Assembly (NCBI RefSeq): GCF_000012545.1
Contig: NC_007681.1
Span: 1 to 32,000 of the forward strand
Direction of reading: 5' to 3'
Source of the DNA: Methanosphaera stadtmanae DSM 3091
Lineage (GTDB): Archaea; Methanobacteriota; Methanobacteria; Methanobacteriales; Methanobacteriaceae
DNA: 32,000 nucleotides
In this document: positions 1 to 7,472 of the stretch, piece by piece
Position numbering within the stretch: the stretch's first letter is position 1
How the letters are laid out: every line of letters begins with the position of its first letter
Notes under the pieces: model-generated
Told to the model about the DNA's origin: nothing
The model's input: the letters and a program-made list of their open reading frames with translations, nothing else
Databases searched by the model: none
Program-made: the position numbers and the translations under genes

Positions 1-35
1 AATGTAATTTTTTTCACAAAAAAATAAAATCAAAT

Positions 36-218
36 AGTGAGACATACTTTGCAAGTGTAAAAAAAAGTTATCTAAAATAAAATAAATATATGAGAGGTAC
101 ATTTCAAGTGTAAGTAAAAATATATTTTGGAAATATAAAAAAGAAACATGAATTTCAAGTGTAATGAAATTTTTCTTTGAAAAAAAAATTAAATTATAAA
201 AGTATATTTCAAGTGTAA
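36..218 (-). repeat. oriC left arm: four direct ORB/mini-ORB boxes (consensus TTACACTTGAAAT when read on the minus strand)
   Basis: Cores ATTTCAAGTGTAA at 101-113, 152-164 and 206-218 are 13/13 each. TTTGCAAGTGTAA at 48-60 is 11/13. Spacing is 51-54 bp. Box 1 extends to 36-60 and is the 21/25 inverted partner of 574-598. Confidence 0.8.
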
Positions 219-224
219 ATTTTT

Positions 225-540
225 TTTTAAAATATAGTAAAAAGTATTACTATATTAAAAAAAAGTATTTTAGTATTACTTTTTTAGATATTTTTAAAAT
301 GAAATATAATTAAAATATTTTAAAAAATAAGTATTATTTATTAGTTATTTATTATATATTATATTATTTATTATTATTTTTATTTATTATTTATTATTTA
401 TTATTATTTTATTATTTTAAGTATTATTTTTATTTATTTTTTATTTTAATATATATTTTTAAGTTTTATTAAGTAAAATAAGTAAATAATCTTATTTAAA
501 TATGAAATAAAGTATTTTTATTTTTATAAAATAGCTTCTT
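225..540. other. Putative duplex-unwinding element (DUE) of oriC
   Basis: About 300 bp nearly free of G/C lies between the two opposed ORB sets. A (TATT/TTATT)n low-complexity run spans roughly 340-450. Confidence 0.6.
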
Positions 541-573
541 TCTAGGAAAAAGTAAGGGGATATCTTATTTATT

Positions 574-691
574 TTACACTTGAAATATAGGTCTCACTCT
601 CTAAACATTTTTATAGTATTAAATAGAAAATATTAATTATTTAATTTTTCACTTGAATTTATATTACTACCAATATAAATATACTTGAAAT
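574..691 (+). repeat. oriC right arm: three ORB/mini-ORB boxes in the opposite sense to the left arm
   Basis: TTACACTTGAAAT at 574-586 is 13/13 and extends as a 25-nt ORB to 598, ending GTCTCACT. TTTCACTTGAATT at 647-659 and ATATACTTGAAAT at 679-691 are 11/13 each. Confidence 0.75.
672..683 (+). promoter_or_regulatory. TATA-box-like element upstream of cdc6, overlapped by ORB box 679-691
   Basis: AATATAAATATA lies about 35-45 nt upstream of the cdc6 ATG (718). The position fits an archaeal promoter with a short leader. There is no transcript evidence. Confidence 0.3.
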
Positions 692-717
692 ACATCTAAG
701 ATTCTTTGGAGGATAAA

Positions 718-1872
718 ATGAATAATATATTTAAAACAATCAACAATAAAGATTCGATATTTTTAACAAAAAAATACCTTGATCATAGATTTATACCTGA
801 AACTCTACCTCACAGAGATGAAAAAATTAAATCCATTGCTCAATATTGGGTAGAATCACTTGATAAAATAACACCTCCTGACATTACCATTTACGGTAAA
901 ACAGGAACTGGTAAAACAGCTGTTACACTCTATGCTAAAAAACAGTTAGAAGAAGTAGCTGCTGAACAAAATCTAAATATTCGTGTCGAATACATTCGTT
1001 GTACTGATTATAATACAGAATATCAGATACTTGCACGTTTATGTCAACAATTAGGAAAACCTGTTCCATATAGAGGATGGACAAAAGCAGAAGTAGTAAA
1101 TGCTTTTAGAAATTTATTTAAGAAAAATATTCTTGGTGAAGATTTAATTTTAATAGTAATTTTAGATGAAGTGGATGTTATTCTTAAAAATGATGGAGAC
1201 AATATATTATACACATTAACACGTACTGATAACGTAGCAATTACATCAATAAGTAATTATATTGACTTTAAACAATTCATTAAACCTAAAGTAAAAAGTA
1301 GTTTAAGAGATAGGGAAATTGTATTTCCTCCATACAATGCACAACAATTAATAGATATTCTAAAAGAAAGATCAAAAGTATCCTTCAGTGAAGGAGCAAT
1401 ATCTGAAGGTGTAATAGCATTATGTTCTGCACTTGCTGCAAAAGAAGAAGGAGATGCACGTTATGCTCTTGATTTATTAAAAACATCTGGGGAAATTGCA
1501 GATGAAAAAGAATCTTCTGTTATTGAAGAAAGTTTCGTAAAAGAAGCAAAAGATCGTATTGAACATAGTAAAATAATAGATGTTGTTGTAACACTTCCAA
1601 TTCAACAACAAAAAGTTCTTGAATCAATAACTTACTTAACAAAAAAACGAGAAGAAATAACTTCTGGAAGATTATATGAAGTTTATCAAGATCTAGCTAA
1701 GAATGATAAAGTATCTTATAGAAGAATCTTTGATTTTATTAATGAATTAGAAATGTTAGGTTTAATTTCTACAAATACAATCTCTAGGGGAAGAGGTAAG
1801 GGACGAACAAATATTATCACACTTCAATGTGATATAGAATTAATAGATAAAGCATTAATATATAAAGATTAA
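718..1872 (+). CDS. cdc6: Orc1/Cdc6 replication initiator (AAA+ ATPase with C-terminal winged helix)
   Basis: The ORF-track start at 706 is TTG. The first ATG at 718 is preceded by GGAGG (708-712). Walker A is GKTGTGKT and Walker B is ILDEVD. The length and C-terminal region are typical of archaeal Orc1/Cdc6. The gene is flanked by ORB arrays. Confidence 0.93.
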   Translation: MNNIFKTINNKDSIFLTKKYLDHRFIPETLPHRDEKIKSIAQYWVESLDKITPPDITIYGKTGTGKTAVTLYAKKQLEEVAAEQNLNIRVEYIRCTDYNTEYQILARLCQQLGKPVPYRGWTKAEVVNAFRNLFKKNILGEDLILIVILDEVDVILKNDGDNILYTLTRTDNVAITSISNYIDFKQFIKPKVKSSLRDREIVFPPYNAQQLIDILKERSKVSFSEGAISEGVIALCSALAAKEEGDARYALDLLKTSGEIADEKESSVIEESFVKEAKDRIEHSKIIDVVVTLPIQQQKVLESITYLTKKREEITSGRLYEVYQDLAKNDKVSYRRIFDFINELEMLGLISTNTISRGRGKGRTNIITLQCDIELIDKALIYKD

Positions 1873-1925
1873 TTCTTTATCTACTATTTTTTATTATACT
1901 ATTTTTATTATTAATTATCTATTGT

Positions 1926-2246
1926 TTAATTTGATTTAATCATTGTTAATACCATTTTAAATCTTTCTTTTGCATGTAATGCATGTGGAATATTTGCTGG
2001 CATTATAATCATATTACCTTTTGTAAGTGTAAATAATTCACCATCAATAGTTAATTCTAAAGTTCCATCAATCACTTGAACCATAGCATCAAATGGTGCT
2101 GTATGTTCAGATAATCCTTCATTTTTATCAAATGCAAAAACAGTTACTGTTCCTGTTTCTTTTTTAATGATTTCTTTACTTACTACTGAACCTTCCTGAT
2201 ATTCTACTAATTTTTCAGTTTCATAGATTGTTGCTTTTTCACACAT
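1926..2246 (-). CDS. Small cupin-domain protein (cupin_2-like), function unknown
   Basis: This is a 106-aa single-barrel cupin pattern (GLSEHTAPFDAMVQVIDG ... MPANIPHALHA). GAGGAG lies upstream of the ATG at 2246. Confidence 0.7.
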   Translation of the reverse strand: MCEKATIYETEKLVEYQEGSVVSKEIIKKETGTVTVFAFDKNEGLSEHTAPFDAMVQVIDGTLELTIDGELFTLTKGNMIIMPANIPHALHAKERFKMVLTMIKSN

Positions 2247-2304
2247 AATTTTTAACTCCTCTATTTTTGTTTTTATATATTATAATTTGTTTAATATATT
2301 TATG

Positions 2305-2508
2305 TTACATTTGAAGTGAATCTATATGTTATTTTTTTGGAAACATATTTACACTTGAAATCAATCTTCTTGTTTTTCTAAATTTAGATTTATACATTTG
2401 AAATACTTCTTTTTTTTATTCTTATTAGATTTGAAATCTATATTTATGTATTTTTAACCATAGTTACACTTGTAATTCATCTTTCATTATTTTTTTTACA
2501 CTTGCAAC
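2305..2508 (+). repeat. Second array of six same-sense ORB-like boxes between pyrB and the cupin gene
   Basis: 2349-2361 is 13/13 and 2464-2476 is 12/13. 2305-2317, 2392-2404, 2425-2437 and 2496-2508 are 11/13 each. All are in TTACACTTGAAAT orientation, with starts 32-44 bp apart. Confidence 0.7.
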
Positions 2509-2529
2509 TATTCTTCTTGTTTTTTGAAT

Positions 2530-3444
2530 TTATTTTATTATTGAATCAAGCAATGCCATCCTTACTGGAACACCATAAAATGCTTGCTTAAAGTACATAG
2601 CATTTGATAGGTTATCTACATTAAAGTCAATTTCATCAACTCTTGGAAGAGGATGCATTATGATGGTATTAGAATCTTTTAAATTTTTACTAGTTAATGT
2701 GTATTGACCTTTTACTTTTAGATATTCTTTAGGATCAGGAAATCTTTCTTTTTGAATTCTAGTCATATATATAACATCCACATCATCAATATTTTCAATT
2801 AAAGAATTTTTAATAGAAAATTTACAATTTAATTTCTCTAAATCTCTGAGAATTTCTGGTGGCATTTCTAATTCACTTGGTGATATAAATACAATTTCCA
2901 CATTAAACATTGCAAGTGCATAAACTAAACTATGAACTGTACGTCCATACTTTAAATCCCCAACAAGAGCAATTTTTAAGTTTTTTAATTCACCTAATGT
3001 TCTTTTAATAGTATATAAATCTAGCATAGTTTGTGTTGGATGTTGTCCTGCACCATCACCTGCATTTATCACTGGAACATCAACAATATTTGATACAAAT
3101 CTAGCAGCTCCTTCCATATCATGTCTTAAAACAATAGCATCAGTATATTGAGAAACTATTTGAGCAGTATCATATAATACTTCACCTTTTTGAATACTTG
3201 TACCTTGTTTTTGATTAAATCCAACAACATCTCCACCTAAACGTTTCATAGCAGTTTCAAATGATAAACGTGTACGAGTTGATGGTTCATAAAACATAAC
3301 ACCTAATAATTTACCATCCTTTTCATGACAAACCTTCTGAGATTTAGCAATAGGTTCCATTTCCTCAGCAAGATTCAATATATATTCAACATCACTCTTT
3401 TTAAAGTCTCTTATAGATATTATATTTTCTAAACTAAACTTCAT
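2530..3444 (-). CDS. pyrB: Aspartate carbamoyltransferase catalytic subunit
   Basis: [13 protein letters not shown] and HPLPR motifs are present. The first ATG is at 3444, preceded by GGGTGA. The ORF-track start at 3450 is TTG. Confidence 0.93.
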   Translation of the reverse strand: MKFSLENIISIRDFKKSDVEYILNLAEEMEPIAKSQKVCHEKDGKLLGVMFYEPSTRTRLSFETAMKRLGGDVVGFNQKQGTSIQKGEVLYDTAQIVSQYTDAIVLRHDMEGAARFVSNIVDVPVINAGDGAGQHPTQTMLDLYTIKRTLGELKNLKIALVGDLKYGRTVHSLVYALAMFNVEIVFISPSELEMPPEILRDLEKLNCKFSIKNSLIENIDDVDVIYMTRIQKERFPDPKEYLKVKGQYTLTSKNLKDSNTIIMHPLPRVDEIDFNVDNLSNAMYFKQAFYGVPVRMALLDSIIK

Positions 3445-3461
3445 ATTCAAATCACCCTTTC

Positions 3462-4196
3462 TTATAATTTTCTAGCAAATGTAATATAACCAGTATGACC
3501 AGCCATTCTACTGTTTGGTCGTGTTTTATTCTTCTTAATTTCTAATTCTCTAACATTTCCTTCTCTAATTTTAATGTTTTTAAAACCAGATTTACCTAAT
3601 ACTTTATTAACAATTTGGAACTGTTCAACATATGGTGTGTAAACAGTTATAAAACCACCAGTTTTTAGTATTCGATATGCATCTTCAATAACTTCTCCAG
3701 GTTTTGGTAAATCTAGAAATACTAAATCTATAGAATTATCTTCCTCTTTAAAGCCTTCAGTTACATCTTGATTATATAATGTTATATTTTTAAAATCAGT
3801 GCCACTAATATTTTCTTTAATTATTTTAACAAAATCTTCTCTAATTTCATAACTAGAAACATGACCATCTGGACCAACAATATTAGCAAAAAATAGTAGA
3901 CTACTTCCAGCACCAGTACCTGATTCAACAATTTTACTACCATAACCAATACCAGTAAAACCAGTGATTAATCCTAAATCTTGTGGTAATAAAATAGAAC
4001 AATTTCTTTTCATTAAATCAATATAATCATTAATGTTAGGTTCAATTACAGTATATTTCTTACCCATATGAGTTTCAAGTACATCACCAACCTTAGCATT
4101 TATAATATCTTCCTGAGATATTACTCCTTTTTCTGTATGAAACTCTGTATTATGTATTACATATTTTCTATTTTTCTTGTCTACTATTATTTTCAT
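3462..4196 (-). CDS. trmI: tRNA (adenine-N1)-methyltransferase, TrmI/Gcd14 family (m1A57/58)
   Basis: SAM-binding motif [10 protein letters not shown] and motif [10 protein letters not shown] are present, with a small N-terminal beta domain. The protein is 244 aa. The gene lies 11 bp upstream of pyrB on the same strand. Confidence 0.75.
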   Translation of the reverse strand: MKIIVDKKNRKYVIHNTEFHTEKGVISQEDIINAKVGDVLETHMGKKYTVIEPNINDYIDLMKRNCSILLPQDLGLITGFTGIGYGSKIVESGTGAGSSLLFFANIVGPDGHVSSYEIREDFVKIIKENISGTDFKNITLYNQDVTEGFKEEDNSIDLVFLDLPKPGEVIEDAYRILKTGGFITVYTPYVEQFQIVNKVLGKSGFKNIKIREGNVRELEIKKNKTRPNSRMAGHTGYITFARKL

Positions 4197-4252
4197 ATTT
4201 AATCCCTTGTATTATTATATTGCACTAAATTTTATTTATTATTTTTAATCTT

Positions 4253-7066
4253 TTAATTAATAAAATATTCATAAATATCCTCCCTAATAGGATACTTTAA
4301 TTTAAGTTTAAAACTAACAGTATCCCTAAGAACATTATCCTTATCTTTAACTTTAGTCTCTGTAGGTTCTGTTGGAATAATTGGTCCCATATAATAAAAT
4401 TCTTTTCCTTCATCATTGTTTTTTTTCATAAATAAGTAGAATTTCATGTTATTTTTTTCATAATCCATAATTTCCCTAATATCCTTAGATTCAAAAGTTC
4501 TAGAACTTGTTGCCATCCAACTTAGAGTTTGATTATCATAGAGTTTATTCACATACTTAGTACTCTCAACACTATTTTCTCTTTTATCATAAGTAACACA
4601 AAATGGGCATGTTTTTTCAGCTTCTATGTTATTTTTAATAACATAACCATATATTGCATCTTTTTCAGGCCAATTTAAAAGACGAGCAATATCTTCCCTT
4701 GAATATTTCTCATATAACTTGAAATTCATGTTATCAATATGTTGAATATATTTATCACAGTATTGTTTGAGACCTAATTTAATTAAATCAAACATATTTT
4801 CTCTAAATTCATTTTTTTCAAGTAATTTTTTGAATTTATCAGTAATTATAATATTATTTTCAGTTATATTAATAAATGTGGCTTTTTTGTATAAATTATA
4901 TTCTCTTGGCTTATAAAATGATTTATTAAGGACACGTAGAGCACTTTTAATACTTATTTTATTGTTTGTTATGTTGTAGTTATTTTCTAAAATATTTTCC
5001 AAATCATCTATTTCAAGTGTATTATTTTGAATAATTTCTTTAAGTATTATTAATTCATGTGGTCTTTTACCATTAATAATTTTTAAAGTTAAAAATTGAA
5101 GATATAATAATTCCAATTCAGTTAATTGAAGTTCATATTCTATATCAATCTTATTTACCATGTAAGGATATGTTTTACTAGATTTTAATGAATTTAATTT
5201 ATGCATTGCATTAATAATAAAACTAATATCTAACTGTTTATATATGTAGAAGTCATATAATGTAGGAATTCTACCAATCTTATTTTTAAGTTGAATATAT
5301 TCATTTCTTATGAAATTTAAATTGTTAAGTTTAGCCCTGTTTATAGAATCATATATTCTTTTTTCTGATATTCTATCAAAATGTACAGTTGAGCTTCCTA
5401 CTAATAAATTATTTCTATTGATCATGAACTTTCTAATATTATCCTTGTTGTATGTGGTATCTCCAGATAATGCAACAGGTATTAAAAAGTTATTTTTATA
5501 ATTACCAATAAAATCAAGAACAACAACAAATTCTTTATTACTATATTTACGTAGTCCACGACCAAGTTGTTGAATAAAAATAATACTACTTTCAGTTTCA
5601 CGTAGCATAACTATTTGATTTACTTCTTTAATATCTACACCCTCATTAAAAATATCAACAGTAATAATATAATCTAAGTTATCACACCTATCATCATTAA
5701 CCAGTCTATCAATAGTATCTTTTCGTTCTTTCTGAGTGTTATTTCCACTTAAACTAAGTGTTCTATAACCTCTATTATTAAATTCTTTAGATAATATTTT
5801 AGCATTATGTATATTGTTACAAAAGATTAATCCTTTAACTCTACTTCCACTGTAACCATAATACTCTATATTTTCAATGATATTATCTATTCTAGTTTTG
5901 CTCATATCATTTACATCTATAGCATTATCTGTTATTCCAAAATAATTAAATGAACATAACATATCCTCTTCTAGAGCATTTTTTAATCTTATTTCATAGA
6001 TAATATTATGATTAAAAAGTGAATATATGTCAAATTCATCACTACGATCAGGAGTAGCTGTCATACCCAGGTAGAATATTGGATTAAAATAATTCATAAT
6101 CTTTTGATATGATACAGATCCTGCCCTGTGAACTTCATCAATAACAATAAAATCAAAATAATCTCTATTATATCTTTCATAATTTTCTTTTTTAGACATC
6201 ATCTGCACAGTACTAAATAGGAAATCCACAGAATAATCTTTTTTATTTCCAGAAAGAATTCCTAAAGTCTTTTCATGAAATATTTTACCATAGGATTTCA
6301 TTGCTTGTTTTGCAATCTGTTCTCTATGCACTAAAAAAAGTATTTTTTTAGGATTAATTTCTTTCAAGGCAAATGCAGATGCAAATGTTTTACCAGTACC
6401 TGTAGCACTAATAAGCAATCCTTTTTTATCATTTTTTGCTAATGATTTTCTTAGATTTTTAATGAATGATTTTTGCATATTGTTTGGAGTTAATGTTTTA
6501 TGTCGTGGTTTTATCCATGAATCGATTTGGATTTTTTTATTTTCATTATATAAGTTAGTATATTCATCAATACATTCACATAAAGGTATTGCTTCTGTCC
6601 AATATTCATTAAATGTTTCTATTATTTCATTGTTTATTTCTTCATCTGAATCTGGTGATATGAGAAGATTCCATTCTTTATTAACAGTCAATGCTTTTTG
6701 AGTTAAATTAGAACTTCCCATTATGATGTTGTAGTGTTTTTTATTTTTGAAAATATATCCTTTTGTATGAAAACCAAAATCTGTTTCATTAACAGAATAT
6801 AATTTAACTTCTATATTTTTTAAGTTATTTAAACGAATAAGTGCCCTTGGTTGACTAAAAAATAAGTAATCTGTAGTTAATATTTTACCAGGAATTTTTT
6901 TTTCTTCTAATTCCTTAAGAATTTGAAGTAGGGGAGTTATACCACTTTCAGTAATAAAAGCTACACTGATAATAAATTCATCACATTGTTTTAAATTACT
7001 CTCTATTGTACTAATAACCTTGATGTTATCCTTAGTATTATTTAAAATAAATTTAGATTCTGACAT
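4253..7066 (-). CDS. SauUSI-like putative Type IV (modification-dependent) restriction enzyme: PLD-family nuclease + SF2 helicase + DUF3427-like C-terminal domain
   Basis: HKD-like motif HTKGYIF...GSSNLT at aa 100-122. Walker A ATGTGKT at aa 221-227. DEVH at aa 310-313. MTATP and QQLGRGLR are also present. The C-terminal ~160 aa (YSREDIARLLNW ... KFYLFMKK..GKEFYYMG) resemble DUF3427. GGTGGAG RBS lies before the ATG at 7066. Confidence 0.7.
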   Translation of the reverse strand: MSESKFILNNTKDNIKVISTIESNLKQCDEFIISVAFITESGITPLLQILKELEEKKIPGKILTTDYLFFSQPRALIRLNNLKNIEVKLYSVNETDFGFHTKGYIFKNKKHYNIIMGSSNLTQKALTVNKEWNLLISPDSDEEINNEIIETFNEYWTEAIPLCECIDEYTNLYNENKKIQIDSWIKPRHKTLTPNNMQKSFIKNLRKSLAKNDKKGLLISATGTGKTFASAFALKEINPKKILFLVHREQIAKQAMKSYGKIFHEKTLGILSGNKKDYSVDFLFSTVQMMSKKENYERYNRDYFDFIVIDEVHRAGSVSYQKIMNYFNPIFYLGMTATPDRSDEFDIYSLFNHNIIYEIRLKNALEEDMLCSFNYFGITDNAIDVNDMSKTRIDNIIENIEYYGYSGSRVKGLIFCNNIHNAKILSKEFNNRGYRTLSLSGNNTQKERKDTIDRLVNDDRCDNLDYIITVDIFNEGVDIKEVNQIVMLRETESSIIFIQQLGRGLRKYSNKEFVVVLDFIGNYKNNFLIPVALSGDTTYNKDNIRKFMINRNNLLVGSSTVHFDRISEKRIYDSINRAKLNNLNFIRNEYIQLKNKIGRIPTLYDFYIYKQLDISFIINAMHKLNSLKSSKTYPYMVNKIDIEYELQLTELELLYLQFLTLKIINGKRPHELIILKEIIQNNTLEIDDLENILENNYNITNNKISIKSALRVLNKSFYKPREYNLYKKATFINITENNIIITDKFKKLLEKNEFRENMFDLIKLGLKQYCDKYIQHIDNMNFKLYEKYSREDIARLLNWPEKDAIYGYVIKNNIEAEKTCPFCVTYDKRENSVESTKYVNKLYDNQTLSWMATSSRTFESKDIREIMDYEKNNMKFYLFMKKNNDEGKEFYYMGPIIPTEPTETKVKDKDNVLRDTVSFKLKLKYPIREDIYEYFIN

Positions 7067-7081
7067 AACTCCACCTTTTTT

Positions 7082-7468
7082 TTAATTATTGTTAATTATA
7101 TAGTCTATAACTTCAATATCTGCTGGTAGCCACTTAACAGTGTTTAATTTTTCACGTTTAAGCCATGCGTATGCATTATGTTCTAATAATGTAATATCAT
7201 CATTTAATTTACATAAATAACAGTGCATTGTAAGTTTAAAAGTGGGATAAGTGTATTTTACTGTTAATAAAAATTTAATGGGAGTAATATCAGCATCTAA
7301 CTCTTCTTTAATTTCTCTAACTAAAGCTTCTTCTCTTGTTTCATTAGGTTCTATTTTTCCACCAGGAAACTCCCACATATTAATAAATTCACCATATCCT
7401 CGTTGTGTGGCAAGATATTTATCATCTTTTTTTATTACTGCTGCAACAACATTTATTTTTTTTAACAT
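7082..7468 (-). CDS. MutT/NudG-type Nudix (deoxy)nucleoside-triphosphate pyrophosphohydrolase
   Basis: The Nudix box GKIEPNETREEALVREIKEELDA fits GX5EX7REUXEEXGU except for the last G. The size is about 128 aa, like MutT/Orf135. The preferred start is the ATG at 7468, preceded by AGGAG, which overlaps the last hef codons. The ORF-track start at 7489 would overlap hef. Confidence 0.85.
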   Translation of the reverse strand: MLKKINVVAAVIKKDDKYLATQRGYGEFINMWEFPGGKIEPNETREEALVREIKEELDADITPIKFLLTVKYTYPTFKLTMHCYLCKLNDDITLLEHNAYAWLKREKLNTVKWLPADIEVIDYIINNN

Positions 7469-7472
7469 TATC

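Noticed and set aside
232-255. Small hairpin-capable inverted repeat ATATAGTAA-N6-TTACTATAT inside the origin A/T region
   Set aside because: Short A/T-only palindromes are expected by chance in DNA of this composition, and it is not repeated elsewhere.
553-575. GGGGATAT-containing motif seen at 556-563, 31814-31821 and (GGGATAT) 31904-31910
   Set aside because: Under a rough composition model I expect about 0.4 exact occurrences by chance in the window. Other GGGGA strings are scattered in coding DNA, and the spacing and context are not consistent.
2247-2529. Absence of pyrI immediately downstream of pyrB
   Set aside because: pyrB-pyrI adjacency is common but not universal. The regulatory-subunit gene may simply lie outside this window, so nothing can be concluded here.
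5008-5024. Origin-box-like sequence ATTTCAAGTGTA inside the SauUSI-like gene; similar hits at 8196-8214 in hef and 20104-20118 in the transposase gene
   Set aside because: All three fall in coding sequence, where the reverse strand encodes Thr-Leu-Glu (ACA CTT GAA). With this codon bias that tripeptide generates the core by itself, so there is no reason to invoke initiator binding.
5310-5501. Other short ORFs overlapping long genes on the opposite strand or in another frame of the same strand: 5310-5501, 6462-6701, 7251-7550, 7405-7848, 8004-8270, 11061-11528, 11491-11718, 13235-13420, 14065-14463, 14503-15009, 15939-16133, 17688-17918, 20291-20506, 20407-20679, 22425-22616, 24529-24768, 26811-27020
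   Set aside because: Each is fully or largely nested inside a long, motif-supported CDS. Their translations are low-complexity (F/I/L/S-rich), as expected from spurious reading of AT-rich coding DNA. None has an RBS or recognisable motif.
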